DNA of 63,943 nt, filler included, from Lama guanicoe (GCA_013239625.1; 202 parts of 202 records of this genome joined end to end with filler, not necessarily neighbours in it), one strand, 5' to 3'. Shown: positions 1-12,896, numbered from the whole stretch's first letter. The notes: generated by a model not told the origin, from the sequence alone. Numbers and translations: made by a program.

Positions 1-217
1 TAAATTCTACTTATGCTAGAAATTTTCAGATACTACCTCATCCATGAGAGCAGTGCCTGAGATCACTCCAGATACCAGATGGTGGCGATAGGTCAGTAAT
101 GGAGCATTTGGCTACAGCTCCAAAGATGTTTCCAGACACAGCTAGGTGTCCGCATTTGTGATTCCAAGAGGCAGGTTATGCACATGCTATAGAATGGAGT
201 TAGAAGGTCTGGGGTTG

Positions 218-317
218 NNNNNNNNNNNNNNNNNNNNNNNNNNNNNNNNNNNNNNNNNNNNTTAATTAATTAANNNNNNNNNNNNNNNNNNNNNNNNNNN
301 NNNNNNNNNNNNNNNNN
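218..317. other. Example assembly linker (N44-TTAATTAATTAA-N44), repeated ~201 times
   Basis: The palindromic 12-mer at 262-273 places TAA in all six reading frames and is flanked by fixed N runs. Confidence 0.99.
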
Positions 318-1329
318 GGCTCAGAGCTCATTGTCACTTCCTCCAGATCCCAGCTTCCCCGCTGCATGAGGGTCACCTCCCCAACAAAATGTGACAGAGC
401 AGTAAAGACAGGATCATGAACTCTTTTCACTCCGACTGATATAAATTTACACAGATTTGGAAAAACTGCGTCCCACACAGAGCTGTCACCTCCGTGCTGT
501 CTGCCATGATTGCATCTCCGAAAATCACCTCAGTNNNNNNNNNNNNNNNNNNNNNNNNNNNNNNNNNNNNNNNNNNNNTTAATTAATTAANNNNNNNNNN
601 NNNNNNNNNNNNNNNNNNNNNNNNNNNNNNNNNNATTCCACTCATAACATGCCAACAGACACATTCTAGCCTGAACCTGATTTTGTTAACATCTTACTAC
701 ATTAGATGTAGAAGTGACCAAGGTTGCCGCAACTTATGAATCAGTCCTCAAACTTCCCTCTCCGCGCTCTCTGGTTTCTTTCTCTGCCTTGCTCTTGTTC
801 TCAGGCCAGAATGGATTTCAGAGAGGAAGTACTAGGTTTCATGATCTAAAGNNNNNNNNNNNNNNNNNNNNNNNNNNNNNNNNNNNNNNNNNNNNTTAAT
901 TAATTAANNNNNNNNNNNNNNNNNNNNNNNNNNNNNNNNNNNNNNNNNNNNAAGTTCTAAAGGAAGCCAATTCAGGGGTAACATGGTTGAGAAGAAAACC
1001 TAGTTTTAAATGCTACTAATATACCTTTTGATGTCTTGTTTTATGAGTATTTTTTGAGCGTTGGATGTAGACAGCACTTTGCTAGGTGTCATGAAATATT
1101 GAAGGTATAAATCACAATATTTTTTTAAGATTTGCCTGGGAAGCCGTGATTCAATGAAAATACGAAATNNNNNNNNNNNNNNNNNNNNNNNNNNNNNNNN
1201 NNNNNNNNNNNNTTAATTAATTAANNNNNNNNNNNNNNNNNNNNNNNNNNNNNNNNNNNNNNNNNNNNAAGTAGTCAATAGAAACTCCCTGAGGAAGCCC
1301 AGCCACTGCACTTACTAGAGAATGACATA

Positions 1330-1485
1330 AATGAGCAATTACACATATGTTCAAAGAGCTAACAGAAACCATGCCTAAAGAACTAAAATATGTGAACATC
1401 TCATTGTACAGAGAATATCAATAGGTAAAATTAATTTTAAAAACCAACTGGAAATTCTAGAGATACAAATATAATGACTAAAATG
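1330..1485 (+). mobile_element. Old L1 (L1M-type) ORF1-region fragment
   Basis: aaccaactggaaattctagagatacaaatataatgactaaaatg resembles the L1M ORF1 coiled-coil region. Confidence 0.6.
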
Positions 1486-1902
1486 NNNNNNNNNNNNNNN
1501 NNNNNNNNNNNNNNNNNNNNNNNNNNNNNTTAATTAATTAANNNNNNNNNNNNNNNNNNNNNNNNNNNNNNNNNNNNNNNNNNNNTACTACAAACATCCT
1601 TAAACTTTCACACTTCACAACTGACCACATTCTAAAGTTTAATCAAAACAACATTAGTCAAAACTCTAATTATTTACTACCCACTGAGAAAATCAGGCAA
1701 GATGATTAAACTCAGGACTCTGTTTCTTACTGTATGTACTCCTTGGATCATTTCCACTTGTCACTGCACAAATTTTTACCCAGAATCTTGTAGGTTCCTT
1801 ACNNNNNNNNNNNNNNNNNNNNNNNNNNNNNNNNNNNNNNNNNNNNTTAATTAATTAANNNNNNNNNNNNNNNNNNNNNNNNNNNNNNNNNNNNNNNNNN
1901 NN

Positions 1903-2118
1903 TGGGTTAATAAGTGAAACAACAGTGGAGCAGTGATTCACACTGGGTGTTCTGGGTGCGACTCCTAGGGTCGTTGTAAGACTTGGTGGGGCATTTTTAG
2001 CCAGTTGTTTCCTTCCCGGTGAACTGGAAGTCTTTGTATCTTCAGTAGAGGCTTTTGATGGTGGACTAGAAGAGTGAGATTCTGTTTCTAGAAATTGAGC
2101 AAAAAGTTCTGAAAAAGA
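1903..2118 (-). CDS. Candidate coding exon fragment, Ser/Thr/Pro-rich, gene not recognised
   Basis: 72 codons open across the whole contig: SFSELFAQFLETESHSSSPPSKASTEDTKTSSSPGRKQLAKNAPPSLTTTLGVAPRTPSVNHCSTVVSLINP. An acceptor-like ttctttttcag lies at the start. Confidence 0.5.
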
Positions 2119-2289
2119 ANNNNNNNNNNNNNNNNNNNNNNNNNNNNNNNNNNNNNNNNNNNNTTAATTAATTAANNNNNNNNNNNNNNNNNNNNNNNNN
2201 NNNNNNNNNNNNNNNNNNNGTTTGCTCTTTAAGCTTCTTAGCTTCAAGCTTATTAAAGTAGAGAAAAGAGTATTTGATTTCAAGCCTTT

Positions 2290-2436
2290 TCTCCTTTGTT
2301 ATACACTTAAACATTTCCCTCTTACAACTGCTTTCGCTGGGTCACACAAATATCACTGCCGTTTTTTCATTGTCATTCAATTTTAAATATTTTCTAATTT
2401 TTTCAGTAATTTCTTCTTGGCTTCTAGGTTATAACA
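2290..2436 (-). mobile_element. Old L1 ORF2 fragment
   Basis: atttccctcttacaactgctttcgctgggtcacacaaa...cattcaattttaaatattttctaatt matches antisense L1M ORF2 sequence. Confidence 0.65.
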
Positions 2437-5071
2437 NNNNNNNNNNNNNNNNNNNNNNNNNNNNNNNNNNNNNNNNNNNNTTAATTAATTAANNNNNNNN
2501 NNNNNNNNNNNNNNNNNNNNNNNNNNNNNNNNNNNNCTCGGATGTATAGGTGATACCAGCTGGAAGACGCTGCTGGGCAGGCTGAATGTGAGATTAGCAG
2601 GAACACTTCTGTGCTTGGGGGTACAGTGCCAGAATGCACAGATGGCGAGTTCTCCACGGGAAGAGTTTGCAGGTAAAACCAGGGGGTCCGAGAGTTCAAG
2701 GAGGGAGACCTCCTAAATCATTTAATCATTGTGAGGAGAAATCCAAGCAGACTNNNNNNNNNNNNNNNNNNNNNNNNNNNNNNNNNNNNNNNNNNNNTTA
2801 ATTAATTAANNNNNNNNNNNNNNNNNNNNNNNNNNNNNNNNNNNNNNNNNNNNAGGGCAAAGCTAGTTGCCTGAGGTTGCACAGAGAGTAAATGGCCGGC
2901 AATGTTGACCTGTTGGAGGAGCGCAGGCCCAGCACTTTGCTTGCAGCTGCTCGGGAGATGGAGGCTCCTGTCACCCCTGCTTGTGGAGGAGGAGCCTGAG
3001 ACTGAGTGGAGAGGTGGGTGGGAGCAGGACGGGAGCCCAACTATACCCTGATGAGCACAGGCTGGGGGGCNNNNNNNNNNNNNNNNNNNNNNNNNNNNNN
3101 NNNNNNNNNNNNNNTTAATTAATTAANNNNNNNNNNNNNNNNNNNNNNNNNNNNNNNNNNNNNNNNNNNNGTTCCCGGCCAAGAGTCCGGAGAGCAGGTA
3201 AGTGAGTCCTTGAGGTCTGCGCCAGTGTGAAGGAGCGCCCTGGAAGGGCCTGCCTGGTGTGACCCGCACACTCAGACGTGCCTGCTGCCCTCAGGGAGCT
3301 TGCTTTGCCCGGTAAGATAGAACGCTGGCAGTGGGGCGGTCAGAAGGAAGAGAAGGCACCACTGATAGGGAAATGAGGTCTGAAATGNNNNNNNNNNNNN
3401 NNNNNNNNNNNNNNNNNNNNNNNNNNNNNNNTTAATTAATTAANNNNNNNNNNNNNNNNNNNNNNNNNNNNNNNNNNNNNNNNNNNNTGCTCATGTTCCT
3501 TTGAATATGGCTCTGTGTTGCCACTGGAATCGGCTAAATGTGTAATGCGTTTGGCCACAATTACAATGGCGTCATGAAAACCCAAACCACTGCCATCAGC
3601 ACCACCACCCCAAGCCAGACAGCTGCTGTTCTGAGACAAGAGCATGGCTGTTTTCTGAATGCCTGTATTTCCATGAGGTGCTTTTATGCTGATCTATCTG
3701 TATTNNNNNNNNNNNNNNNNNNNNNNNNNNNNNNNNNNNNNNNNNNNNTTAATTAATTAANNNNNNNNNNNNNNNNNNNNNNNNNNNNNNNNNNNNNNNN
3801 NNNNACACCTCCACAAACCATAGAGAGGTCATCGCAAATACTTGGTTTCGAAGTCCAAACCACACTTTCCCCCGAACTCCCGCCTAGGCTATCCATCAGG
3901 GATGACAAGCTAAGGGATTGTATTAGAACCCAGGGACTGCTGTCATTTGGAGGATCCTCCCCACAATGAAAATACCTGAGGACGTCTCCGTGTGTGTGCT
4001 GGAGGTGGGGAAACAGATTCNNNNNNNNNNNNNNNNNNNNNNNNNNNNNNNNNNNNNNNNNNNNTTAATTAATTAANNNNNNNNNNNNNNNNNNNNNNNN
4101 NNNNNNNNNNNNNNNNNNNNTTTGAGGTGGTTTCAGTGTGGCCCGCATTCTAGGGCTAGACTAGTTCTGTTCATAATACATACCTTTTCAGAAGTCTCAA
4201 CAGAATGCCAAGGTTAGCTGGTCAGATTCCTACATTTTCTAGTACTGTGGTAGCACTGGAATTTCTAATTAGCTAATAATCCCATGCTTTGCTTTACCAA
4301 AATTTTGCTTGTATATGTGCTCTTAGTGATCATCCAANNNNNNNNNNNNNNNNNNNNNNNNNNNNNNNNNNNNNNNNNNNNTTAATTAATTAANNNNNNN
4401 NNNNNNNNNNNNNNNNNNNNNNNNNNNNNNNNNNNNNCCAAAGAAGATAGTCCGTGCACAGCAATTAGGACTATCTAATATATGATGATTCATTTTATTT
4501 CTATAATTAAATCCTGTCTTTAAAGGAATTCACTTGGGAGTGTAAAGACAATTTTTCAAATGTAATTGGACTACTTGATAGTACTTGGTCAAGAAAGACA
4601 TTGCGGGGATTTAGAAACAGAGATGCTCTCTGGGCATCGGGGGCAGGCTGTTAGNNNNNNNNNNNNNNNNNNNNNNNNNNNNNNNNNNNNNNNNNNNNTT
4701 AATTAATTAANNNNNNNNNNNNNNNNNNNNNNNNNNNNNNNNNNNNNNNNNNNNTGAAGCTTGACTAATAGAAATCTGAAGTCAAAATTGAGTGCAAAAT
4801 TATAAATCAGTACACCAAGGAGGGCCCAACATTACCAAGAATGAGAGTATCAAAACAGATAAAATAAGGTAATTTGCATTTGAACACAGCAATAAATAAC
4901 TGCAACAGAAGAGCAGCCATCATGCATTTTCTCCAAAATTCTATAAAATCCCTATTTTTCAGTTATATTTCNNNNNNNNNNNNNNNNNNNNNNNNNNNNN
5001 NNNNNNNNNNNNNNNTTAATTAATTAANNNNNNNNNNNNNNNNNNNNNNNNNNNNNNNNNNNNNNNNNNNN

Positions 5072-5150
5072 AATAAGGTCACATTTTGAGGTACTGAGGG
5101 TTAAGACTTAGACATATCTTTTGTGGAGGAACACAATTCAACCCTAAACA
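5072..5150 (-). mobile_element. MLT1 (MaLR) LTR 5' end
   Basis: Reverse complement reads tgtttagggttgaattgtgttcctccacaaaagatatgt...cagtacctcaaaatgtgaccttatt. Confidence 0.8.
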
Positions 5151-6078
5151 TCAAGTCACTAGAGTCTGAGGAAATAATGCACAGTTCTTTCAGCAAAGTG
5201 CATTTTATGTGGTCAATATGTAAATTTAGAATTGATATATAGTATACACAATCTTAATTCTGAGTTTGCAACATGTGCATCAGGGGTCNNNNNNNNNNNN
5301 NNNNNNNNNNNNNNNNNNNNNNNNNNNNNNNNTTAATTAATTAANNNNNNNNNNNNNNNNNNNNNNNNNNNNNNNNNNNNNNNNNNNNGTTGGCATATGG
5401 GGGAGGGTGTATTTCTGTGCTGGTGGACCAAGGAGAGACTTAAACTCTCCTATGTGGCTGAAACTCCAGCCCAGGACCCCCACCACCTGGCAACCTGCAG
5501 TCCTGCCAGCACCATGACCTGAGGGCCAAGGGAGGGGGTGGGGTGAGGAAGGAGACCCCCTCTCTAGGCCTGGTCTTGACCCCTCCTCTCCTCCAGGTGC
5601 CATCTNNNNNNNNNNNNNNNNNNNNNNNNNNNNNNNNNNNNNNNNNNNNTTAATTAATTAANNNNNNNNNNNNNNNNNNNNNNNNNNNNNNNNNNNNNNN
5701 NNNNNGATTCCACTTACTGTTTGTTTTCTAAGAATGTGTATATATGTGCTTTTACAGGCATGAGATTTTTCTGGAAGGGGAAACAAAGAATTGTTCACAG
5801 TGATTACCTCTGAGGAATGGGTTGTGTGTGTGTGTATGTGTGTGTGGAAGGGGAGGTTCTGCTTTTCATTGTATACACTTCTACATTATTTGAATGTGTT
5901 TTCTACTCTACTGCATGTATTGNNNNNNNNNNNNNNNNNNNNNNNNNNNNNNNNNNNNNNNNNNNNTTAATTAATTAANNNNNNNNNNNNNNNNNNNNNN
6001 NNNNNNNNNNNNNNNNNNNNNNGCATAAAGTTAATTTTCACTTGGGGTTGTTTGTTTACTTTTAGGACCTCGTACCAC

Positions 6079-6239
6079 TGTTCCCAAGTCCAAACTCATA
6101 CAGCTCACTGCACAACGGGCCAACAAATCGAGAGATGAGTTGTTGGGGCAAAAAAAAAACAGCGACTTTATTCGGAAAGCTAGCAGACCAAGAAGATGGT
6201 GACTAGTGTCCCAAAGAACCATCTTCCCTGGGTTAAAAT
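6079..6239 (-). mobile_element. ERV LTR 3' part
   Basis: On the minus strand: AATAAA followed ~90 bp later by a terminal ...gggaaCA. Related to 58008-58224 (gggaagatggttct...ccatcttct...ctgct.gcttt...aataaa). Confidence 0.7.
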
Positions 6240-7730
6240 NNNNNNNNNNNNNNNNNNNNNNNNNNNNNNNNNNNNNNNNNNNNTTAATTAATTAANNNNN
6301 NNNNNNNNNNNNNNNNNNNNNNNNNNNNNNNNNNNNNNNCTCCTGGCATTGTCCTCAAGCCATGTCCAGGGAGAGCCGATGCCACACCGTTACTAAAACT
6401 GGGCTCATCCCCACCATAGGACTGGGGCGAAGAACATTCTGACTCAGCTGAGAAGATAAGATCATTTGATTATAATGTCAGGCAACCGGTTGACAGGCTG
6501 GAATGCTCTTTTTCCCTTTGTGGAATTGTTTCAAAGACAGCTTTAGACACCACAGANNNNNNNNNNNNNNNNNNNNNNNNNNNNNNNNNNNNNNNNNNNN
6601 TTAATTAATTAANNNNNNNNNNNNNNNNNNNNNNNNNNNNNNNNNNNNNNNNNNNNGGCTTTGAACACCCGTTGACTAATTTATAGGGACTGAACCACTG
6701 ACATACTCCCATTCACCTAGAAATTGCAATAACCTTTCTTTCCTTCGACTACCTGGAAATGAGTGAACATAGTCTTCATTTTGAAAGCAGTCCTCAGTCC
6801 TACTAATGCAGAATATTTAGAGTACTTTGCCCAGCAATTGAGCAAGAATATTTGTTGTGGATCTCAGGGATTTNNNNNNNNNNNNNNNNNNNNNNNNNNN
6901 NNNNNNNNNNNNNNNNNTTAATTAATTAANNNNNNNNNNNNNNNNNNNNNNNNNNNNNNNNNNNNNNNNNNNNGCAGGTAAGTTTCAAAACACACACATG
7001 TGTACAAGCACACACATGAACACACACAGTTTTTAAAGCAATCCATGACACCTGCCATGTGTTTAGAGTCACAGCAGAAAATATGGGTGTGTGAGGACAG
7101 GACAGCAGCTAAACCCTGTTGAGATCCTGACCCCTAATATTTTGAACAGTTCTGAAAAAGTCCAGTCTGTTGGGGTGACAACATCTGATTNNNNNNNNNN
7201 NNNNNNNNNNNNNNNNNNNNNNNNNNNNNNNNNNTTAATTAATTAANNNNNNNNNNNNNNNNNNNNNNNNNNNNNNNNNNNNNNNNNNNNCCTGTGTCCC
7301 TTACACTGTGTTCTCTGCCCCTAGGCCTCCCCCTCATTTACCTGAAGCCTTGCTGAAGCAGAGGGAGAGGGTCCCAGGGCTACAAAACTGGAAGCACAGA
7401 GCCAGGATGAGAGAGGGAAAGATGGTGCTATCTCCTAGTCCCTCTTCTCGCTCGTTGGTGGGTGTGATGACCTTGCCTGGCTTTAGTCATCTCTGGGCTT
7501 GCTTGTCNNNNNNNNNNNNNNNNNNNNNNNNNNNNNNNNNNNNNNNNNNNNTTAATTAATTAANNNNNNNNNNNNNNNNNNNNNNNNNNNNNNNNNNNNN
7601 NNNNNNNTTTTACACTGAGGAGTATGTCTTGGGGGCCTTGAGGAGAAGGCGACACTCAGGGATGGTCAGAACCCTCCAGCTGAACACAGCCGCCGGCGGG
7701 GCTGGGGCTACAGGACGCCGGGCTCCTCAC

Positions 7731-7787
7731 CGTCTCCAAGTCGGTGCCCACGAGGCTGCTGAGGTACTCCCTGTGGCGGCCACACAG
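7731..7787 (-). CDS. Candidate 57-bp internal exon (LCGRHREYLSSLVGTDLET in phase 0)
   Basis: Minus strand has the acceptor ttggtttgtctcctcAG and the donor GTGAGG. Length is divisible by 3 and all frames are open. Gene not recognised. Confidence 0.4.
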
Positions 7788-7924
7788 CTGAGGAGACAAA
7801 CCAAACCAGAACTTGAGAGGTGACNNNNNNNNNNNNNNNNNNNNNNNNNNNNNNNNNNNNNNNNNNNNTTAATTAATTAANNNNNNNNNNNNNNNNNNNN
7901 NNNNNNNNNNNNNNNNNNNNNNNN

Positions 7925-8458
7925 CCACATTAGTGTTAATAACCCACTAGAGCACATTTCCTCTTGTTAATTTTAAAAAAAAAAGGTATCCAACTTTGTT
8001 TTTAGCCATGAGGGAGTAACAATATTTGAAATTACCCTTCCATTACAAACAAAAAACATGTAGAAAACAGACGTTTTCAGACATTAGAAAGGAAGCAGCA
8101 TGAGACTGTGATCCATGAGAAGGAGGAAATGAGTTTATCCCNNNNNNNNNNNNNNNNNNNNNNNNNNNNNNNNNNNNNNNNNNNNTTAATTAATTAANNN
8201 NNNNNNNNNNNNNNNNNNNNNNNNNNNNNNNNNNNNNNNNNCCACATTAGTGTTAATAACCCACTAGAGCACATTTCCTCTTGTTAATTTAAAAAAAAAA
8301 AGGTATCCAACCTTGTTTTTAGCCATGAGGGAGTAACAATATTTGAAATTACCCTTCCATCACAAACAAAAGACATGTAGAAAACAGACGTTTTCAGACA
8401 TTAGAAAGCAAGCAGCATGAGACTGTGATCCATGAGAAGGAGGAAATGAGTTTATCCC
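7925..8458. repeat. Near-identical contig pair (7925-8141 / 8242-8458), assembly bubble
   Basis: 5 substitutions; the first and last 49 bases are identical. Confidence 0.95.
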
Positions 8459-8875
8459 NNNNNNNNNNNNNNNNNNNNNNNNNNNNNNNNNNNNNNNNNN
8501 NNTTAATTAATTAANNNNNNNNNNNNNNNNNNNNNNNNNNNNNNNNNNNNNNNNNNNNGCCAGGCAGCTCATGGACGCTTGCAGCCCCAGCCCCATCACT
8601 GGCCCAAAGGCCGCCACACATGATGTTGCTGTTACCTATTGCTCCAAGCAGACACAGCCTCGTTGAAGGAAGTTCAAGTGATGAGCGCCTGTCTGGGTAG
8701 GGCCATGCGCACAGTAGGGCTGTACGTGGAGGCTATCCCAGCTCCACTCACAATCTCAGATGGAGCTCTCACCTGNNNNNNNNNNNNNNNNNNNNNNNNN
8801 NNNNNNNNNNNNNNNNNNNTTAATTAATTAANNNNNNNNNNNNNNNNNNNNNNNNNNNNNNNNNNNNNNNNNNNN

Positions 8876-9010
8876 ATATACATCTATCCTTTTTCAGATT
8901 CTTCCCCATTATAGGTCACTACAAGATACTAAGTAGAGTTCCATGTGCTCTACAGTAGGCCCTTGTTGGTTACTTATTTTATATATGGAAGTGTGCAAAT
9001 GTTAATCCTA
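8876..9010 (-). mobile_element. L1 3' UTR fragment, cetartiodactyl type
   Basis: cagattcttccccattataggtcactacaagatact...gtgctctacagtaggcccttgttg, shared with several other contigs here. Confidence 0.8.
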
Positions 9011-9257
9011 AGTTATTTAACAACTATTTATTGGATTCCTACTGAGGATTAGTGCTGTGCTATTGGAAGAGACAAACTGAGTTCATGTCTGTNNNNNNNN
9101 NNNNNNNNNNNNNNNNNNNNNNNNNNNNNNNNNNNNTTAATTAATTAANNNNNNNNNNNNNNNNNNNNNNNNNNNNNNNNNNNNNNNNNNNNATCCGTAC
9201 CGGGCATCCGCAAGGCAGGGAAACTAGTGGACTAACCTAAAGAGCATTTCCATAAAG

Positions 9258-9266
9258 GAAAAAAAA

Positions 9267-9301
<35 letters not shown>

Positions 9302-9308
9302 TATATAC
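9258..9308. repeat. Compound A/(TA)n/(CA)n microsatellite
   Basis: Directly visible. Confidence 0.9.
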
Positions 9309-11749
9309 AAAATCTATTCCATTTGATAGGAACTGAGAAGACTTCCAGAATGAGTTCCTATGTCATCAAGGTGTCTGTGACTCACTTATTTTTTCCCCTC
9401 CCCAAGCAGNNNNNNNNNNNNNNNNNNNNNNNNNNNNNNNNNNNNNNNNNNNNTTAATTAATTAANNNNNNNNNNNNNNNNNNNNNNNNNNNNNNNNNNN
9501 NNNNNNNNNGATGAAGATGAGTACTTAGAAACACATTCCAAATTATCTTGGCTTTGCACACTCAGATGCTTCATTTCTCTTCCTTAAATAGCTTTCCACT
9601 TTTGGGGTGGCCATCAAAAAATAATACTCACCATTTAAAGGCGTTGGATAAACTGGTCAATTAAGTTGTGTTTGCGTGTGTGTGTATGGGTGTGTGTGTG
9701 CCTTATGAACAGGAAAGGAGTGACTCNNNNNNNNNNNNNNNNNNNNNNNNNNNNNNNNNNNNNNNNNNNNTTAATTAATTAANNNNNNNNNNNNNNNNNN
9801 NNNNNNNNNNNNNNNNNNNNNNNNNNCCCCGCTGCGGCTGGATAAAGCTGAACTGCCTCTCTGGCACCCAGACCTTAGGCCTGTCCAGCTCCCAGCCTCA
9901 CTGCTTACCCAGCACGCACCTCCGCTCCATCTCTACGGCTGTGCCAGGAGTCTTAGCCACCATTTCCTGAGGGTTTCCTGGTTTCCAGGTGTTCCCATTT
10001 ACTTAATCTTTCCAGAAATCCTGTGAGTCTGTATTGGCACATCNNNNNNNNNNNNNNNNNNNNNNNNNNNNNNNNNNNNNNNNNNNNTTAATTAATTAAN
10101 NNNNNNNNNNNNNNNNNNNNNNNNNNNNNNNNNNNNNNNNNNNAGGCTCAGCCCAAGACTGGCTGTTCCTCCTTCTCTTAAAACTTCATCTCAAAGAACC
10201 CATCCTTTCTTGTCAAAATGCCTCTTTATCTCTGGACCCAGTCTCTCTCCTGTGTTATTTCAACATCGGTGCCATCCTTTCTACAAATATTGATTGTATC
10301 TTTATCACCCCGATCCATTTGTACTGAAATCTCAGAATCACCTGTGGTACATTTCTAACGNNNNNNNNNNNNNNNNNNNNNNNNNNNNNNNNNNNNNNNN
10401 NNNNTTAATTAATTAANNNNNNNNNNNNNNNNNNNNNNNNNNNNNNNNNNNNNNNNNNNNCCCCGCAACGTGGAGAGGCAGGCAAACACCGAGCGCGCTA
10501 ACTTACCAGAGCAGAAGCCCAGCGAGCTGCAACACCTTCAGGTCCCAGTGACGAGGCATCTGAAATGGCTAAACGCTGCAGGCTCAGGATGGACAAGTCC
10601 GAGTGGTAAAAACTCCAGGGGAGTCCAGTCATCTGAGATGGGGGAGGAGGGGCCTCCGGACTTCTCTTTTTTTTTTTNNNNNNNNNNNNNNNNNNNNNNN
10701 NNNNNNNNNNNNNNNNNNNNNTTAATTAATTAANNNNNNNNNNNNNNNNNNNNNNNNNNNNNNNNNNNNNNNNNNNNGGATGCAAGGGAGAACGGATGTT
10801 GGAATTACAACCAATAGTGTCTGACATAAGGGGTCTGTTTTGGGTAAGCTGGTCAAGGAGGCCTCCGTGAGGAGATGACATTTAGATGTAAAGATGTAAA
10901 GAAGTTAGGTGCTATGTTAGACCCCTGGAATAATACTAAGTGTACATGAACGTGCTGGCCCAGCTTAATTTAACCCCAGATCCCCAGATCCATTNNNNNN
11001 NNNNNNNNNNNNNNNNNNNNNNNNNNNNNNNNNNNNNNTTAATTAATTAANNNNNNNNNNNNNNNNNNNNNNNNNNNNNNNNNNNNNNNNNNNNAAATCA
11101 GCTCCTCTGACTTTGTCCGTCGCCTGTGGCCTGTGTTGGACGCCAGGTCGGGGACAGGTAGAGCTGTAGGTCAGAGCATCCCTCAGACCCAGCCCGGCTG
11201 AGGGGAGCTCTGTTTGCGTGTCCCCCTCTTGCAGATCCAATTGCTGCTCTGTCCGCTGCCACAGCTCTGAGTGCGTGTGTGGCATCAGCAGGTGTCCCTG
11301 TTGGACGGCGCNNNNNNNNNNNNNNNNNNNNNNNNNNNNNNNNNNNNNNNNNNNNTTAATTAATTAANNNNNNNNNNNNNNNNNNNNNNNNNNNNNNNNN
11401 NNNNNNNNNNNCGGTGGATTTGCTCCCGTCTCCCCCCGCGCCGTGTCTTGGGGGCGTACTGTCCTGCCCCACGTTTGCAGGACGCAGGTTATGGATCAGT
11501 GTGCTTCTGGGAGGCGGGCGCGGTGCAAGCAGTGTTCGGTGGGGAGGGGGAGGCGCAGCAGAGACAGCCTGTAATGGAAGCCAATCCCCGCGCTAGCACG
11601 GGGCAACTCCATTCCCGTCGCCCCCCCCNNNNNNNNNNNNNNNNNNNNNNNNNNNNNNNNNNNNNNNNNNNNTTAATTAATTAANNNNNNNNNNNNNNNN
11701 NNNNNNNNNNNNNNNNNNNNNNNNNNNNGGGAACAGAGACGAGGATGCG

Positions 11750-11845
11750 GGTGATTATTTCACCTCACAGGAGCATTGTGAGGAAATCACGAGTGAGCAC
11801 GTGTAAGGCGTTGACAACAGCGCCGGACACGCCCTGAGTGCTGTG
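11750..11845 (+). mobile_element. MIR SINE fragment
   Basis: acctcacaggagcattgtgaggaaatcacgagtgagcacgtgtaaggcgttgacaacagcgccggacac resembles the MIR 3' core. Confidence 0.65.
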
Positions 11846-12045
11846 ATTACAAAAGGCACTCAGCCCTTCAAGACTGAATAAAAACAGTAAGAGATTTTTT
11901 TGAAACTCAGTTTCTTCATCTTTTTTGACCTCTCTGGGCATTTGGNNNNNNNNNNNNNNNNNNNNNNNNNNNNNNNNNNNNNNNNNNNNTTAATTAATTA
12001 ANNNNNNNNNNNNNNNNNNNNNNNNNNNNNNNNNNNNNNNNNNNN

Positions 12046-12262
12046 ACTGTGGAAAACAGTATGGAGATTTCTCAAAAAACTGAAAATAGAACTATCATAT
12101 GACTCAGTAATTGGACTCCTGGGTATATATCCAAAAAACCCCACAAAAACACTAATTCAAAAGGATACATGCACCCCAGTGCTCCTAGCAGCATTATTTA
12201 CAATTTCCTAGCTATGGAAGCAACCTAAATGTCCATCAACAGATGAACTGATAAAGAAGATG
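12046..12262 (+). mobile_element. L1 ORF2 C-terminal fragment
   Basis: actgtggaaaacagtatggagatttctcaaaaaactgaaaatagaacta...tggaagcaacctaaatgtccatcaacagatgaa. Confidence 0.92.
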
Positions 12263-12784
12263 NNNNNNNNNNNNNNNNNNNNNNNNNNNNNNNNNNNNNN
12301 NNNNNNTTAATTAATTAANNNNNNNNNNNNNNNNNNNNNNNNNNNNNNNNNNNNNNNNNNNNTTCTGTTTTCTACACATGCCCAGAAATCCTTTGGTGTA
12401 GCCCTCAGTGTTCCTCCCATATTGGAGACTTAAGTAACCCCAGAAGAGTAAGTCATTTGTGGACTGTCCAGGGACACAGCTTTGTGAGGAGTTGTCCCAG
12501 GGTTTTCACATTTGCTCTGCCCCTCTGGACGTAACTGGTCCAGAATCACTTCTAAGACAGAGTTGGACAAGCCTGGTGANNNNNNNNNNNNNNNNNNNNN
12601 NNNNNNNNNNNNNNNNNNNNNNNTTAATTAATTAANNNNNNNNNNNNNNNNNNNNNNNNNNNNNNNNNNNNNNNNNNNNAAGGCCTCAGCCTCACTGGTA
12701 ATTAGTGAAATGCAAATTAAAATTGCACGTGATAACATTTCACACTCCCCATGTTGCAAAATATTTCCGTCATAAAATAGTGCT

Positions 12785-12896
12785 AATAAATAAATAAACC
12801 TGATTACCTCCCCCACGGGAGGGTTTAGCTCAGTGGTAGAGCTGCTGTTTAGCAGGCACAAGGTCCTGGGTTCAATTCCCAGTACCTCCATTAATT
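12785..12896 (+). mobile_element. tRNA-derived SINE (Vic-1-like): head at 12817-12896 preceded by a SINE 3' tail segment at 12785-12815
   Basis: A box tagctcagtggtaga and B box ggttcaattccc, ending agtacctccattaa. The upstream aataaataaataaacctgattacctccccc matches the tail of the copy at 45386-45536. Confidence 0.85.

Noticed and set aside
7925..8458. Tandem duplications (also 32332-32865, 59912-60447 and 62772-63625)
   Set aside because: Exact 49-base identical ends in all four pairs indicate assembly bubbles.
12817..12892. Functional tRNA gene (also 45460-45536)
   Set aside because: A and B boxes are present, but the SINE-specific tail and degenerate stems indicate a tRNA-derived SINE.
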